Below, in pieces: positions 28,640 to 38,912 of a stretch of 64,000 nucleotides of DNA (position 1 is its first letter; every line of letters begins with the position of its first letter). Below the pieces are notes generated by a model. That model ran no database searches. It was not told the DNA's origin and saw only the letters and a program-made list of their open reading frames with translations. Where the stretch lies: contig CAVRJG010000003.1 of the NCBI GenBank assembly GCA_963721455.1, positions 45,300 to 109,299 on the forward strand, in the 5' to 3' direction. The DNA comes from an uncultured Methanosarcinaceae archaeon (lineage in GTDB: Archaea; Halobacteriota; Methanosarcinia; Methanosarcinales; Methanosarcinaceae). The translations under genes were made by a program, and so were the position numbers.

Positions 28640-31375
28640 TTGAGTGAGCAGCCAGGAATACATGCTAGGACTTTCAGTCAGGCCTCGGATGAGAAGATAA
28701 AGGCTGCAATGCAGCTGGGAGCTTTTTTTGAGGTTTTTCCTGACAGGAGGCAGGCTTTTGAAGACCTTTTAAGGCTTTGTTCGGATGGAAACAGTGCAGT
28801 CAGGGAAGAAGCTGTCAATTCCCTTGCAACGATTTTTCCGAATGTGCCGGACAGGGAGCTTGCATGGGAGAGACTTGTGAACCTTACGGCTTATCCGGAA
28901 GAGACGGTAATGGCGGCTGCGGTCAATGCGCTGGTCAGTGTTTTTTCCCTCATGCCGGACAAAAACAGGGCATGGAAGGATCTGGTTGAGCTGATAAACT
29001 CAAAATCAAGCATGGAGGATGTGAACAGGGGGATTCTCCACTCGCTTTCTTATTTGATACAGGAAGTCCCTGATAAGCAGCAGGTGTGGAAAGACCTGCT
29101 TGAGATGGTGTCTTCGGATGACTCTTATGTGCGGGAGAAGTCGGCTTCGCTTTTAAGTATGGTTTTTCCGGAACTGGTGGATGAAGAAAAAGAAGAGGCC
29201 TGGAATGAAATGCTGGAGCTGGCTACCGAATCTGCGGACGGGAAGGTTAGGGAGCAGGCTGCGCGGGCTCTTGGCGCTGCTTATCCTGGGATGCCGGATG
29301 AAATGAAGGACGAAACCCTGGAGACTCTGCTGGAACTTGCAGTGTCAGGAAGCCCTGAGATTCAAAAGGAAGCACTTCTTGCTCTACCGCCTGTTTTTTC
29401 CCATATCCCGGATAAAAAAGAGACCTGGAATGATGTCCTCAGGCTTACGGGAGACGAGAGCGGGCATGTACGAAAACAGGCTGTAGATGCCCTGGCTTTT
29501 ATATTTCCTGATATGCCTGATAAGAAAAAGGTATGGGTTGATTTCCTGAGCCTCACCAGGGCACGGGACGAGTATGTAAGGGATGTGGCAGCTGATGCGC
29601 TCGCATCTGTATTTCCCAGCCTGGATGACAAAGGTTCACTCTGGAAGGAACTTATCAAACTTACAGGGGATGAGGACGAGCACGTCCGAAGAATGGCTGC
29701 TGATACCCTTATTAAGGGTTTTCCGTATATATCTGACAGGAATGAGGCATATTCTGAGCTTGCGCGCCTGGCTGAAAAAAAGGATAGTTCTGTACTCAGG
29801 AAGATTGTAAATACGCTTGCTTCTGTTTATCCTCAGTTATATAATAAGTATGGAGTTAGTGAAGGGGAATTGGAAGAACTGGGAAAATACAAATCGGGAG
29901 AAGAAAATAAGTCTGAAGAAACAAGTATGTCTGAAGAAAAAGGTAAGCACGAAGAAAAAAGTAAGCACGCGGAAAAAGGTAAACCTGCAGAAGCTCATGA
30001 ACTGACACCAGAGAAGGATACTTTTGTTAGAAGGGGTGCCGTCAATTCTCCAAAGCCTGTCTTTTCCGGGAAAAAAGAAGGAACTGATAATATACAGGTT
30101 CAGGATAAGGAAAGTAAAAAGCCTGCTTCTGATTTTTCCGGGTTTGCGGCTGATAGTAACAGGTACATACGAAAAGATATAGCAGAGCCATTTACCAGGG
30201 CAGACTCTGGCCTTCCGGACAAAAAAGAAATTATAGAAAAACTTATCAGTCTCAGTTCGGATCCGGACCCCCAGATGAGAAGAGGTTCAATAGAGTCTCT
30301 GCTTGCTGCTTATTCCCAATACGCCGGCAAAACGCAGGATATCTGGAGCGAACTTCTCTGGATGACAGGGGAAGACGACACCGGTACCAGAAAGGGCGCT
30401 GCAGAGTTGCTTCACTACGTTTTTCCAGCAGTTGAGGTAAAGTCCGCAGTCTTTTTCGACCTGGTCAGGCTCACTGAAAGTCAGGATGCCCAGCTTCGGA
30501 AGAGAGCAGCAGAACTTCTTGCCGCCGCTTTTGCTTATTCTGAAAATAAACAGGAAGCCTGGGACGAGCTTGTGAGGCTTGCGTCCGTTGAGGACAGGGA
30601 AGTCCGGAAGGGGGCCGTCCTCGCCCTGTCATCCGGCTATACAGAAGTTCAAGATAAGGGAAAAGCCTGGAAGGACATGTTCAGGCTTTCCGGTCATAGC
30701 GACAGTTTTGTGCAGAGGGTTGCAACACGGGCACTTGGATCTGCCTTTTTCCATACGCCGGATAAGACACAGGCATGGAGAGACCTGCAGGCGCTCACTG
30801 ATAACCCCTATGTCTACGTCCGAAGGTATGCTCTCCGCTCCCTTGGAAGAGCTTCTCTCTGGAGAGCATTGAGGGCGGAGAACGAAGCTACTTACATTTT
30901 CGGGCTGAAAGAAGCTGTCAAATACTTTAAGGAAGCAGCTGAAACCTCTGTTGACTTCCATATTCCTGAATTCTATTACCCCTTTTATGAATCTCTCTTA
31001 TTCATTCTTTTCAGCGACAGGCCTGGCATAGCAAAACTTGAAAGTGATCGGTATCTCTCGAAAATGGCCGGTGAGTTCAGGGAGCAGAAAGAAAACCAGA
31101 CGCTTCTCGAAATCTTCGAACAGTTTGTAGGGCTTCTCCGACGCGCAGGAAATCTGACTCCTGGAGACCTTTCTGCGCAGAAGAAGCTGCTTGAAACCTG
31201 TATTCTAACTTTTGATAGGTTTTCAAGCCTCTTTGAGAATATAGAGGATGTAGCTATTCTTGCTCTAAAAACCGTGAAAAAAGAAAAGATTGTGAAAAAA
31301 GATTATTCTAAACTTGGAAAGGAACTTCTGGAGAGAGTCGAGGAAAAGAAGTCATCCTTGATCAAAAAACCGTGA
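28640..31375 (+). CDS. HEAT-repeat protein
   Basis: Many ~39-aa DxxVRxxAaxaL...fPDK..aW.dL repeats split by a charged low-complexity linker. Confidence 0.85.
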   Translation: MSEQPGIHARTFSQASDEKIKAAMQLGAFFEVFPDRRQAFEDLLRLCSDGNSAVREEAVNSLATIFPNVPDRELAWERLVNLTAYPEETVMAAAVNALVSVFSLMPDKNRAWKDLVELINSKSSMEDVNRGILHSLSYLIQEVPDKQQVWKDLLEMVSSDDSYVREKSASLLSMVFPELVDEEKEEAWNEMLELATESADGKVREQAARALGAAYPGMPDEMKDETLETLLELAVSGSPEIQKEALLALPPVFSHIPDKKETWNDVLRLTGDESGHVRKQAVDALAFIFPDMPDKKKVWVDFLSLTRARDEYVRDVAADALASVFPSLDDKGSLWKELIKLTGDEDEHVRRMAADTLIKGFPYISDRNEAYSELARLAEKKDSSVLRKIVNTLASVYPQLYNKYGVSEGELEELGKYKSGEENKSEETSMSEEKGKHEEKSKHAEKGKPAEAHELTPEKDTFVRRGAVNSPKPVFSGKKEGTDNIQVQDKESKKPASDFSGFAADSNRYIRKDIAEPFTRADSGLPDKKEIIEKLISLSSDPDPQMRRGSIESLLAAYSQYAGKTQDIWSELLWMTGEDDTGTRKGAAELLHYVFPAVEVKSAVFFDLVRLTESQDAQLRKRAAELLAAAFAYSENKQEAWDELVRLASVEDREVRKGAVLALSSGYTEVQDKGKAWKDMFRLSGHSDSFVQRVATRALGSAFFHTPDKTQAWRDLQALTDNPYVYVRRYALRSLGRASLWRALRAENEATYIFGLKEAVKYFKEAAETSVDFHIPEFYYPFYESLLFILFSDRPGIAKLESDRYLSKMAGEFREQKENQTLLEIFEQFVGLLRRAGNLTPGDLSAQKKLLETCILTFDRFSSLFENIEDVAILALKTVKKEKIVKKDYSKLGKELLERVEEKKSSLIKKP

Positions 31376-31569
31376 AAAAAGAATCTTCTGCCCTGAAATG
31401 AGAAATTTGAAAATAATGGGGAAATGCCTGATGGAGCGCCACTTGAGGGAAGACACGTTTTGTTCTGATCTATATCTGATTCCGGTGTCAGTACACCTTC
31501 GAGAAATCCGGGCAAGTAAGTTGTCTCTGCACCCTGCAGTTTATATCCTATCCCGCCAATCCCCCGTTC

Positions 31570-31881
31570 ATGTACAGGGCAGGAATTGAACTAACAGATG
31601 CGGACTTTGAGTTTGCAAAATCTCCTCTTTCAAAAAAATTCATTCGCCTTGTGTTCAAAAAATATCAGCTTGATTTTATTGCTTATTTTGGCGAAAATAT
31701 GTTCTATGTTTCAAGGCAGAATTCGCCTCCCCTCTCTCCCTTATATCCCAGTGCACGATATCCTGAAGATATCGAACTCGTACTTGATTTCATGGCACGT
31801 GAGAGAATCCGCAGGATCAGGTGTGAGAAAGGAATGCTCTTTAGGTCCGCAGTTCCGGGACTCTCTGCTAACGGGAAGTAA
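31570..31881 (+). CDS. Hypothetical protein
   Basis: 103-aa ATG ORF with protein-like composition; no motif recognised. Confidence 0.55.
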   Translation: MYRAGIELTDADFEFAKSPLSKKFIRLVFKKYQLDFIAYFGENMFYVSRQNSPPLSPLYPSARYPEDIELVLDFMARERIRRIRCEKGMLFRSAVPGLSANGK

Positions 31882-32076
31882 GTTCACTTTAAGAAAATGA
31901 GGCCCGGAGGAACGGGAAACTGAGAGTAAGGAATCCGGAAAAAAGAAGCTCGGATATGGCTGCATCGAAGACAAATACCTGATTTATTTTTTCCTTTTGT
32001 TCGGGTTATTTATAGTTTCATTTCAATATAAAACATTACAAAATTTATCTTTATCGTTAACTGGAGGGGGTATTAA

Positions 32077-32262
32077 ATGATACATCAATGGGAGTATGAT
32101 TCTCGCAGGCTTGATGGTTTGAACATGCCACAAATGATGAGCGAACTCGAAAGAATCGGAAACGAAGGCTGGGAACTGGTTTTGATCAAGAACGATATTG
32201 ATGAAGAAGGCACAGTAACTGCAATTTTCAAACGGGAAAAGAGCGAGACGTTATCTGTATAA
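32077..32262 (+). CDS. DUF4177-like small protein
   Basis: WEY...L..IGNEGWELV......IFKR pattern; GGAGGGG RBS; TATA upstream. Confidence 0.75.
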   Translation: MIHQWEYDSRRLDGLNMPQMMSELERIGNEGWELVLIKNDIDEEGTVTAIFKREKSETLSV

Positions 32263-32267
32263 AAACT

Positions 32268-32347
32268 TACTTTTTAATTTTTACTGTCTTTTTACTATCT
32301 TTTTACTTTTTTACTATCTTTTTACTATTTTTTACTATTTTTTACTG
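32268..32347 (+). terminator. Repeated oligo-T units (TTTTTACT(A/G)) after the DUF4177-like gene; probable terminator
   Basis: About 7 successive T-tracts directly after the stop codon. Confidence 0.5.
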
Positions 32348-32619
32348 TGAATTTTGAAGTTTTCTATTTCTCAGTATCTTAATTATATTAAATATTTGCT
32401 TTTTACTAAGGTTTTCAGGTATCTCTTTCTTTCAGTTTATCAGTTTTGTAAAGATGATCTTTTAATATTTCTTTTACAGGGTGGCCTGAAAAATAAACAT
32501 CAAACGAAGGAATGTCAAATGCTTTTCTCAAATACGGAAAAAGAAGTATGAGCTTCAGGATAAGCTTGTGCCGCTAATTCTGAAAATTCTAAAAAAAATT
32601 ATTTGATTTGGAGAAAAGA

Positions 32620-32842
32620 TTGCGTTCCCACCTGAAAAATTTTGGAAGTTCCGAACGGCACTTATTAGGTCTTGTTTAGGAAGAGGTTTGGTACTGGACT
32701 CACGGGTTGCGAGCTCTTGATTTTATCTCTTCACTTCTAGAGTAGATTTTTCGGAGTAGGCGTTGAAGTATTTCTTGTGGAATAGGTCTTTGCTATGTGG
32801 TCTTGTTCTTTGCTATGTGGTCTTGTTAGATGAGAACGCAAG
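32620..32842 (-). ncRNA. Candidate structured small RNA, copy 1 (~220 nt)
   Basis: TATA-like TAATATATAA at 32861-32870; 5' UUGCGUUCUCAUCU pairs with 3' AGGUGGGAACGCAA (14 bp, 2 G-U); oligo-U tract downstream; no AUG; homologous to 33343-33532. Confidence 0.6.
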
Positions 32843-33188
32843 TAATACTAGGTTCTCACCTTATATATTATTTTTAACACATAATGTTATTTCAGATATG
32901 TTTTGTTAGTACATACTTCTAATTTACCTTCATTGGTTTAACCTTATAGCATCAAACTATAGTCCTGGACGTAAATATTCGCACCTGATTTACCCAGAGT
33001 CCGGTAACAAAGAAAAAATATTGACGAGCACGGAAAAATTCACTCAAGACTCTATAACCCGCTTCATTGTCTATTGACCATGGTGGGCACGGAAAAACTT
33101 GCTCCAGACTCTACACCCACGGAAAAGACCGACAGCCCTGAAAATTTCGTTTGAGATTAGTCAATGAATTTTAGTAATTGACTACAGG

Positions 33189-33291
33189 TCCCCTTCAAAC
33201 CAGATTACCTTAAAATTAGATCTCCTTCAAACCAGATTACCTTAAAATTAGATCCCCTTCAAACCAGATTACCTTAAAATTAGATCCCCTT
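33189..33291. repeat. 32-bp tandem repeat, 3 copies plus partial
   Basis: TC(C/T)CCTTCAAACCAGATTACCTTAAAATTAGA contiguous, no spacers. Confidence 0.95.
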
Positions 33292-33342
33292 ACCAACACG
33301 CAGTTCACAAAGGTTCCAGAAAGTTACTTTTAAAATGAGGTA

Positions 33343-33532
33343 GCGTTCTCATCCACAAAAACCTGGGAGTTCCAAATGGTATTTAAGAGACTCACTTTGT
33401 TTAGTTGGGGAAGAGGTATTGAGGTATTTTGACTTATGGGTTGCGAGTTTCTCTTTCTATCCCTTTACTGTGGAGTTATTTTCTGGAGTAGGTGTCGTTT
33501 GCTAGTGGGGTGTTAAAGAGATGAGAACGCAA
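33343..33532 (-). ncRNA. Candidate structured small RNA, copy 2 (~190 nt)
   Basis: Same promoter spacing (ATTATATATG 33551-33560); perfect 11-bp terminal stem GCGUUCUCAUC/GAUGAGAACGC; shares CCUACUCC, CUCGCAACCC and ACCUCUUCC blocks with copy 1. Confidence 0.6.
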
Positions 33533-34043
33533 GTTATACTATGCCGCCATCATATATAATATTTTTAACACTTAATATTATTGTATTCGTCTATTCCTGC
33601 TTTACCTTTCTAACTTTAATTCATTGATCTAATGTTTATATCATTAAACTAACCACACTAACCACATATCCGAAACTCTAACCAAACAGGAAAAATAATT
33701 CCAGAATAAAAATAATTGCAGAATGAAACCAGGATGTTATTGAAAAACTTTTCCAATAATTTTTGTGATAATAAGGGCTATTTCCGAATAAATACCATTT
33801 TCCCCAATTCTTATTATCCGGTATACGCAGGAATTATATGATCCCAATAAGAATACATTTCTTGATACTATAACCTTGATTCCAGGTTTTTGGAAGAAAA
33901 TCAGATTAAAACGCTTGATGGATTTATAGTTCCAGGAATCCCCATTCCCTGAAATTAAAACAGTTAACAGGGTCGGTGCACATTTTTTAAACCACGGCCT
34001 GTATGTAAAGCGACCTGTATGTAAAGAATTCATTGCAGAGTAT

Positions 34044-34823
34044 TTATTCTTCAATTAGCCCGTCCTTCAGCCTTATTACCCTGTCTGCATATTCCGCATG
34101 CCAGTTTTCATGCGTAACCATTACAATTGTCTGTCCCTGTTCCCTGTTGAACTTCTTGAAGAGGTCAAGCACTTCCTTTGAAGTCTGGGAGTCCAGGTTG
34201 GCGCAGGGCTCGTCTGCAAAAAGGACCCTGGGAGAATGGGCGAGGGCTCTTGCGATTGAAACTCTCTGCTGCTGGCCGCCGCTCATTTTGGAGGGGAGCT
34301 GCTGCAGGCGGTCGCCAAGGCCAACGGCTGTGAGAATGTCTGAGGCTGCGGATTCGTATTCTACTTTACTTTTGCCCTGCATCATCAGGGAGAGGTAGAC
34401 ATTCTCCGAGGCATTGAGTTCGGGAAGAAGGGCATAGTCCTGAAAGACATAACCTAAGTTATGGAGCCGGAACTTGCCTTTTTCCCTGTCCGACATGCTG
34501 GAGGTGTCCATGCCGTCTATGGTGACTTTTCCCGAGTTAGGCGTATCAAGAAGTCCGAGCTGGTTTAAGAGAGTAGTCTTGCCAGAGCCGCTCGGGCCCA
34601 TGATCGCAATGAACTCCCCATGCCTGATTTTTACATTTACGCCGCGCAGAGCCCTGACCTGTACCTCTCCCATCCTGAAGGTGCGGACTATACCTATGCC
34701 TTCTATGATTGTGCCATCTGCAGGGGAGTTGAGGTTTCGGGTTCCGGTTTCAGTTCCGGTTCCACTCCTGATTTCTTTTTCATCCCCGGTTCCATTTTTG
34801 ATCCGGTCTTCCATTTTCTTCAC
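34044..34823 (-). CDS. ABC transporter ATP-binding protein (LolD/MacB type)
   Basis: GPSGSGKT, MSGGQQQR, LFADEP, VTH. Confidence 0.93.
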   Translation of the reverse strand: MKKMEDRIKNGTGDEKEIRSGTGTETGTRNLNSPADGTIIEGIGIVRTFRMGEVQVRALRGVNVKIRHGEFIAIMGPSGSGKTTLLNQLGLLDTPNSGKVTIDGMDTSSMSDREKGKFRLHNLGYVFQDYALLPELNASENVYLSLMMQGKSKVEYESAASDILTAVGLGDRLQQLPSKMSGGQQQRVSIARALAHSPRVLFADEPCANLDSQTSKEVLDLFKKFNREQGQTIVMVTHENWHAEYADRVIRLKDGLIEE

Positions 34824-34830
34824 CTCAATT

Positions 34831-36072
34831 TCATTTCTCCCAGATCAGTTCCAGGAGGTTTTTATTGGCCAGTTTGTATGCAGGGATTACCGAGCCTATC
34901 ACGGAAGCCAGAAAAAGAAGAATCGCACGGCTTAAGGCTTCGAAATTGTCCAGCTCCAGGCTGATGGCTCCAGCCGGGACCTGCACCGGATGAGATACAG
35001 TATAAGGAGTGATCCCGTAATTCATCAGGAGGTAGCCGAAAATTACACCCGCACCTGCGTAAAGCATGGCTTGAAGGACGAAAGAAGCTATGATCACATT
35101 TTGCTCGATTCCGATGGCTTTCTGGACACCAATCTGTCTTTTTTTATTTACGATATTCACGTAGATAACCACAAAAATGATCACGAATGCTATCAGGAGG
35201 CCTATTGCATTCATAATATTCCGAATCGCTCCCAGAGTATCTCCGATCAGGCTCAAAATCCCGGCAAATTCTCTCCAGGTGCGCACCTCTTCCTTGATCC
35301 CAAGGGAAAGGAGCTTTTCCCTGGTCACTGCTTCATCCGTGCCTTCAGTGGTCCTGATTGCAATCTCCTGGGCCAGGTCCCGGTTCTGTATGCCGAGCAT
35401 TTCTTCCATGTCGGACTTGCTGATGTAGGCTGCCGAATCGACCATGAAATAGAGGGTAGTATAAATGCCCTTGACCCGGAACTCCTTTGTTTTTCCCTGG
35501 ATTGTGACTTCCACCGTATCTCCGACTTCCACGCCGTCAAGGGAGCGAGAAACCATCAGGGCTCCAAAGCCCCCGGAAACTTCCCTGCCCAGTATGATTT
35601 CACCCCTATCGAGCTTGCTAAGGTATTCTCCGCTTACCATGGCTCCCTCGATCCCTGTGACAAAGCTCTCTTCAGTAGGGTCGACACCGTACACAGTAGC
35701 CCCCATTTCTCTTTCCTTATAGCGGAAGGCACCTGAGGATTTCAGGCGGGCGGAAGTGCCTGTGACTTCAGGGAAACTCTCGATCTTCTTCTGAAGAGCT
35801 GAAGCGTCTTGAATATACCTTTCCTCTTCCCGGGGTTCGATAACGACGTTTCCAGTCTGGAAGTCCACAAGCAGCTTGTTGAATTGGACCGTGACCCCTG
35901 CAAGTATGCTTGAAAAAAGCACAAGCTGCACAAATATCAGGGTAAGGACGAAAACTGTAAAGATTGTGATTCCTTTATTGCCCCTGGTTATGGAGCGGCT
36001 GGCAAGGAAGAAGGAAACTTTCGCTTTTTCGAGCATGATCATGGGTCCTGCTTGTTTTGTCCGGTTTCTCAA
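34831..36072 (-). CDS. ABC transporter permease (FtsX/MacB type)
   Basis: 1+3 TM topology with large extracellular domain, KKRQIGVQKAIG; real start may be 36036-36042. Confidence 0.9.
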   Translation of the reverse strand: MRNRTKQAGPMIMLEKAKVSFFLASRSITRGNKGITIFTVFVLTLIFVQLVLFSSILAGVTVQFNKLLVDFQTGNVVIEPREEERYIQDASALQKKIESFPEVTGTSARLKSSGAFRYKEREMGATVYGVDPTEESFVTGIEGAMVSGEYLSKLDRGEIILGREVSGGFGALMVSRSLDGVEVGDTVEVTIQGKTKEFRVKGIYTTLYFMVDSAAYISKSDMEEMLGIQNRDLAQEIAIRTTEGTDEAVTREKLLSLGIKEEVRTWREFAGILSLIGDTLGAIRNIMNAIGLLIAFVIIFVVIYVNIVNKKRQIGVQKAIGIEQNVIIASFVLQAMLYAGAGVIFGYLLMNYGITPYTVSHPVQVPAGAISLELDNFEALSRAILLFLASVIGSVIPAYKLANKNLLELIWEK

Positions 36073-36094
36073 TTTATTCCGTAATAGTCGGATT

Positions 36095-37393
36095 TTAGAG
36101 CTTGCCTTTCTTTTTCATGTAGAAGACTGCGGCCGCAAGGATCAGAACTGCTCCCAGCGCAATTGGGAGAATGCTCCCCTTCTGCCTGCCCACGCTCAGG
36201 GTCAGGTCTTCGCTGAGCTGGTGCTCTCCGAAATCATCCTCATATTCTATCAGGAGGGTAACTGCCTGCTCGCCTGCTTTCTCAGGAACAAAGGTAAAAA
36301 CTGCAGGAGCGTCATTACCTTTTTCCAGGCGTCCGAGGAATGCGCCTGTACTGCCCGAACCTTCAAGCCCTTCAAGTCTGGCTTTAACTGAGCTGGCTTC
36401 CCCTTCCCCTACATTTTCAAGCCGTACGATCATGGATACCTGCTGCCCCTTTACAGGCATCCCCGGGTCAAATTTCAGGCTTGAAATGTCGATCTTTGCC
36501 CGGTTAAGGACATTAATTCCAATCTCCTGGGTTTTGTCTATCTGGAAGGTTTCAGCGTCATTTGAAGCCGTAATCCGCAGGGGAATCTTGTAGGGTTGCA
36601 CGTCTGCGTTGCTGCCGAGAAGGAGTTTGAAAGACAGGTTTTCAGAGTGTCCGGCACTCAGGTTTTCAACGAAAAGGACGTTATCTTCCAGCGGGATTAA
36701 AGGCGACGAGTTATTAAGGTTAAGCATTACCCTGACATTTTTTGCTTCCCCGTTTCCTGCATTCTTAACTGTTGTCCTGAGATAGAATTCCTGTCCGGGG
36801 ATGATGGCTCCTGAAGAGGAATTATCTCCGTTTACAGGAAGAATTTCAGTACCTGTAAGTACGAGATCCGGGTTTCCTTCCACGCGGACAGGAATCCTTC
36901 TTGAAAAACTTGTCCCATTCTTGTCTTTGATAGTGAATTCAAGCTGATAAATTCCGGACTCGGCCTTTGCATCTACCCTGAAATATAAATTCAGTTCGAC
37001 CCTGGAACGCTGCCTTATCTGTTCAATTTGAAAATCTCGCTCCATGTTCGTCCCGGAACCGTACATCTCTGAGGTGCTGTATTTAAAAATAAAAGGATAA
37101 AATTCCTCAATCCCTATTCTCACGTTTTCTGCGGGTTCGTCTCCGGCATTTTGTATACTGATTTTTATGAGCAGGTCTTCGCCCGGCCTGGCAGGGTTAG
37201 GGTTGATTTCCGAGACCTCAACTCCAAGATGGGTGTTTCCGGATACCACAACTGCAGAAGTCGTGCTTGTCAAAAAGACGGTTATCATAAGTACGGCAGC
37301 TGCAAAGCGGAGAGAGGCTGCCGATATTCGATCTCTCATTTTATGGTTCTCCTTTCCGGTGCAGGAATTCTTTTCTGGATAGGCGGGCTTCAT
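36095..37393 (-). CDS. COG1361-type S-layer-domain protein
   Basis: Signal peptide, repeated Ig-like N.G..A.NV units, C-terminal TM plus KKK; likely start 37339. Confidence 0.8.
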   Translation of the reverse strand: MKPAYPEKNSCTGKENHKMRDRISAASLRFAAAVLMITVFLTSTTSAVVVSGNTHLGVEVSEINPNPARPGEDLLIKISIQNAGDEPAENVRIGIEEFYPFIFKYSTSEMYGSGTNMERDFQIEQIRQRSRVELNLYFRVDAKAESGIYQLEFTIKDKNGTSFSRRIPVRVEGNPDLVLTGTEILPVNGDNSSSGAIIPGQEFYLRTTVKNAGNGEAKNVRVMLNLNNSSPLIPLEDNVLFVENLSAGHSENLSFKLLLGSNADVQPYKIPLRITASNDAETFQIDKTQEIGINVLNRAKIDISSLKFDPGMPVKGQQVSMIVRLENVGEGEASSVKARLEGLEGSGSTGAFLGRLEKGNDAPAVFTFVPEKAGEQAVTLLIEYEDDFGEHQLSEDLTLSVGRQKGSILPIALGAVLILAAAVFYMKKKGKL

Positions 37394-37535
37394 AGCTAAC
37401 AGTCCTTATGCCTGGTTTATAACGGTTACACTTTATTTGTAACCTGTAACATGTTGTATTTTTCTATTTACTTCCATACTTCAATGGGATTATTCACACA
37501 TCTCAGCCGGATTATTCCCATACCTCAGCCGGATT

Positions 37536-38912
37536 TCAGGTCTCAGCCTTCAGTTTCTCAAAATACTGCCTTGTCTCGGCTGTAATAACTTTCCGCAGGG
37601 CCAGCAGGGCAATGAGGTTCGGGACAGCCATAAGCCCGTTTACGATATCTGCAAGGACCCAGATGACATCCAGGGTCAGGAAGGCGCCTGAAGCAACAAT
37701 CAGGATGTAAATTATCCTGTAAGGAAGGATTCCCTTTACTCCGACCAGGAATTCCGTACAGCGTTCTCCATAGTAGTTCCATCCCAGAATAGTTGTAAAC
37801 GCAAAGAAGATAAGCCCGACTGTTACAATGTAATTCCCGGCTTCGGCAAGCACGGTGGAAAAAGCGTAGCTTGTCATATAGACACCTGCAAGGTCGCCTG
37901 TCCAGGAATCCGTCATGACTAACACTGTTCCGGTCAGGAAACAGATGACAATGGTATCTAGAAAGGTTCCTGTCATGGAAATAAGCCCCTGTCTGGCCGG
38001 CTCTTTTACCTTTGCAGCCGCAGCAGCTATGGGGGCACTCCCGAGGCCTGATTCATTTGAGAAAATTCCCCTGGCAATTCCCATTCTGACTGCAAGCATC
38101 ACCCCTGCTCCGAGAAAACCGCCCCTGGCAGCAGTCCCTGTAAAAGCGGAATTTATTATCAATGCTAGAGTTTCCGGAAGCTTCTCAAGGTTCAGCCCGA
38201 CAATCACAAGGCTGCCGAGCACATAACCTATTGCCATAAAGGGCACCAGAAACTGGGCTACGGCTGCAATCCTCCTGATCCCGCCGAGAGTCACAACCGC
38301 TACAAGAAGGCTTATTACAGCCGCGCTCAGGGCTTCAGGGATATCAAAGGCAATCCTGGCAGAGTCGACAATGGCATTTACCTGCGGAAAGGTTCCTATC
38401 CCGAAAAGTGCTACATTTACCCCGAAAATGGCAAAGAGTGTTGAAAGAACGCCACTGTACCATTTTTGCCCAAGCCCCTTTTTGATATAATACATTGGCC
38501 CTCCTGACATCTGCCCGTTTGCATCCACTATCCTGTATTTGACTGCAAGCAGAGACTCTGAATACATGGTCGCCATCCCGAAAAAAGCTGCAAGAACCAT
38601 CCAGAAGAGAGCGCCGGGCCCTCCCGTTTTTATTGCAGTTGCGACCCCAACTATGTTCCCTGTCCCGATAGTCGCAGACAGTGCAGTGCTGAGCGCCGCA
38701 AAACTCGAAACATCCCCCTGTACTCCAATTTCGGCTTTCCTAGAGTTAAGCACATACCTGAGCGCAAGGGGTAGCCTGAAGACCTGGATCATCCCGAGCT
38801 TCCACGTCAGGAAAATCCCTGTCCCGACAAGTAAAACCAGAAGGGGTGGCCCCCAGATTAATCGATCTATCCTGGTAAGGATGTCAAGTATGCCCGTACC
38901 CAGCAGTTCCAT
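37536..38912 (-). CDS. agcS: Sodium:alanine symporter family protein
   Basis: TIGTGNIVGVA, GGPGALFWM, GGPMYY, FSNESGLGSAP. Confidence 0.9.
   Translation of the reverse strand: MELLGTGILDILTRIDRLIWGPPLLVLLVGTGIFLTWKLGMIQVFRLPLALRYVLNSRKAEIGVQGDVSSFAALSTALSATIGTGNIVGVATAIKTGGPGALFWMVLAAFFGMATMYSESLLAVKYRIVDANGQMSGGPMYYIKKGLGQKWYSGVLSTLFAIFGVNVALFGIGTFPQVNAIVDSARIAFDIPEALSAAVISLLVAVVTLGGIRRIAAVAQFLVPFMAIGYVLGSLVIVGLNLEKLPETLALIINSAFTGTAARGGFLGAGVMLAVRMGIARGIFSNESGLGSAPIAAAAAKVKEPARQGLISMTGTFLDTIVICFLTGTVLVMTDSWTGDLAGVYMTSYAFSTVLAEAGNYIVTVGLIFFAFTTILGWNYYGERCTEFLVGVKGILPYRIIYILIVASGAFLTLDVIWVLADIVNGLMAVPNLIALLALRKVITAETRQYFEKLKAET

Noticed and set aside
33189-33291. Possible CRISPR array (32-bp repeats)
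   Set aside because: Head-to-tail tandem copies without spacers.
33737-34054. 105-aa ORF downstream of the ABC ATPase
   Set aside because: No motif and atypical composition; not supportable as a gene.
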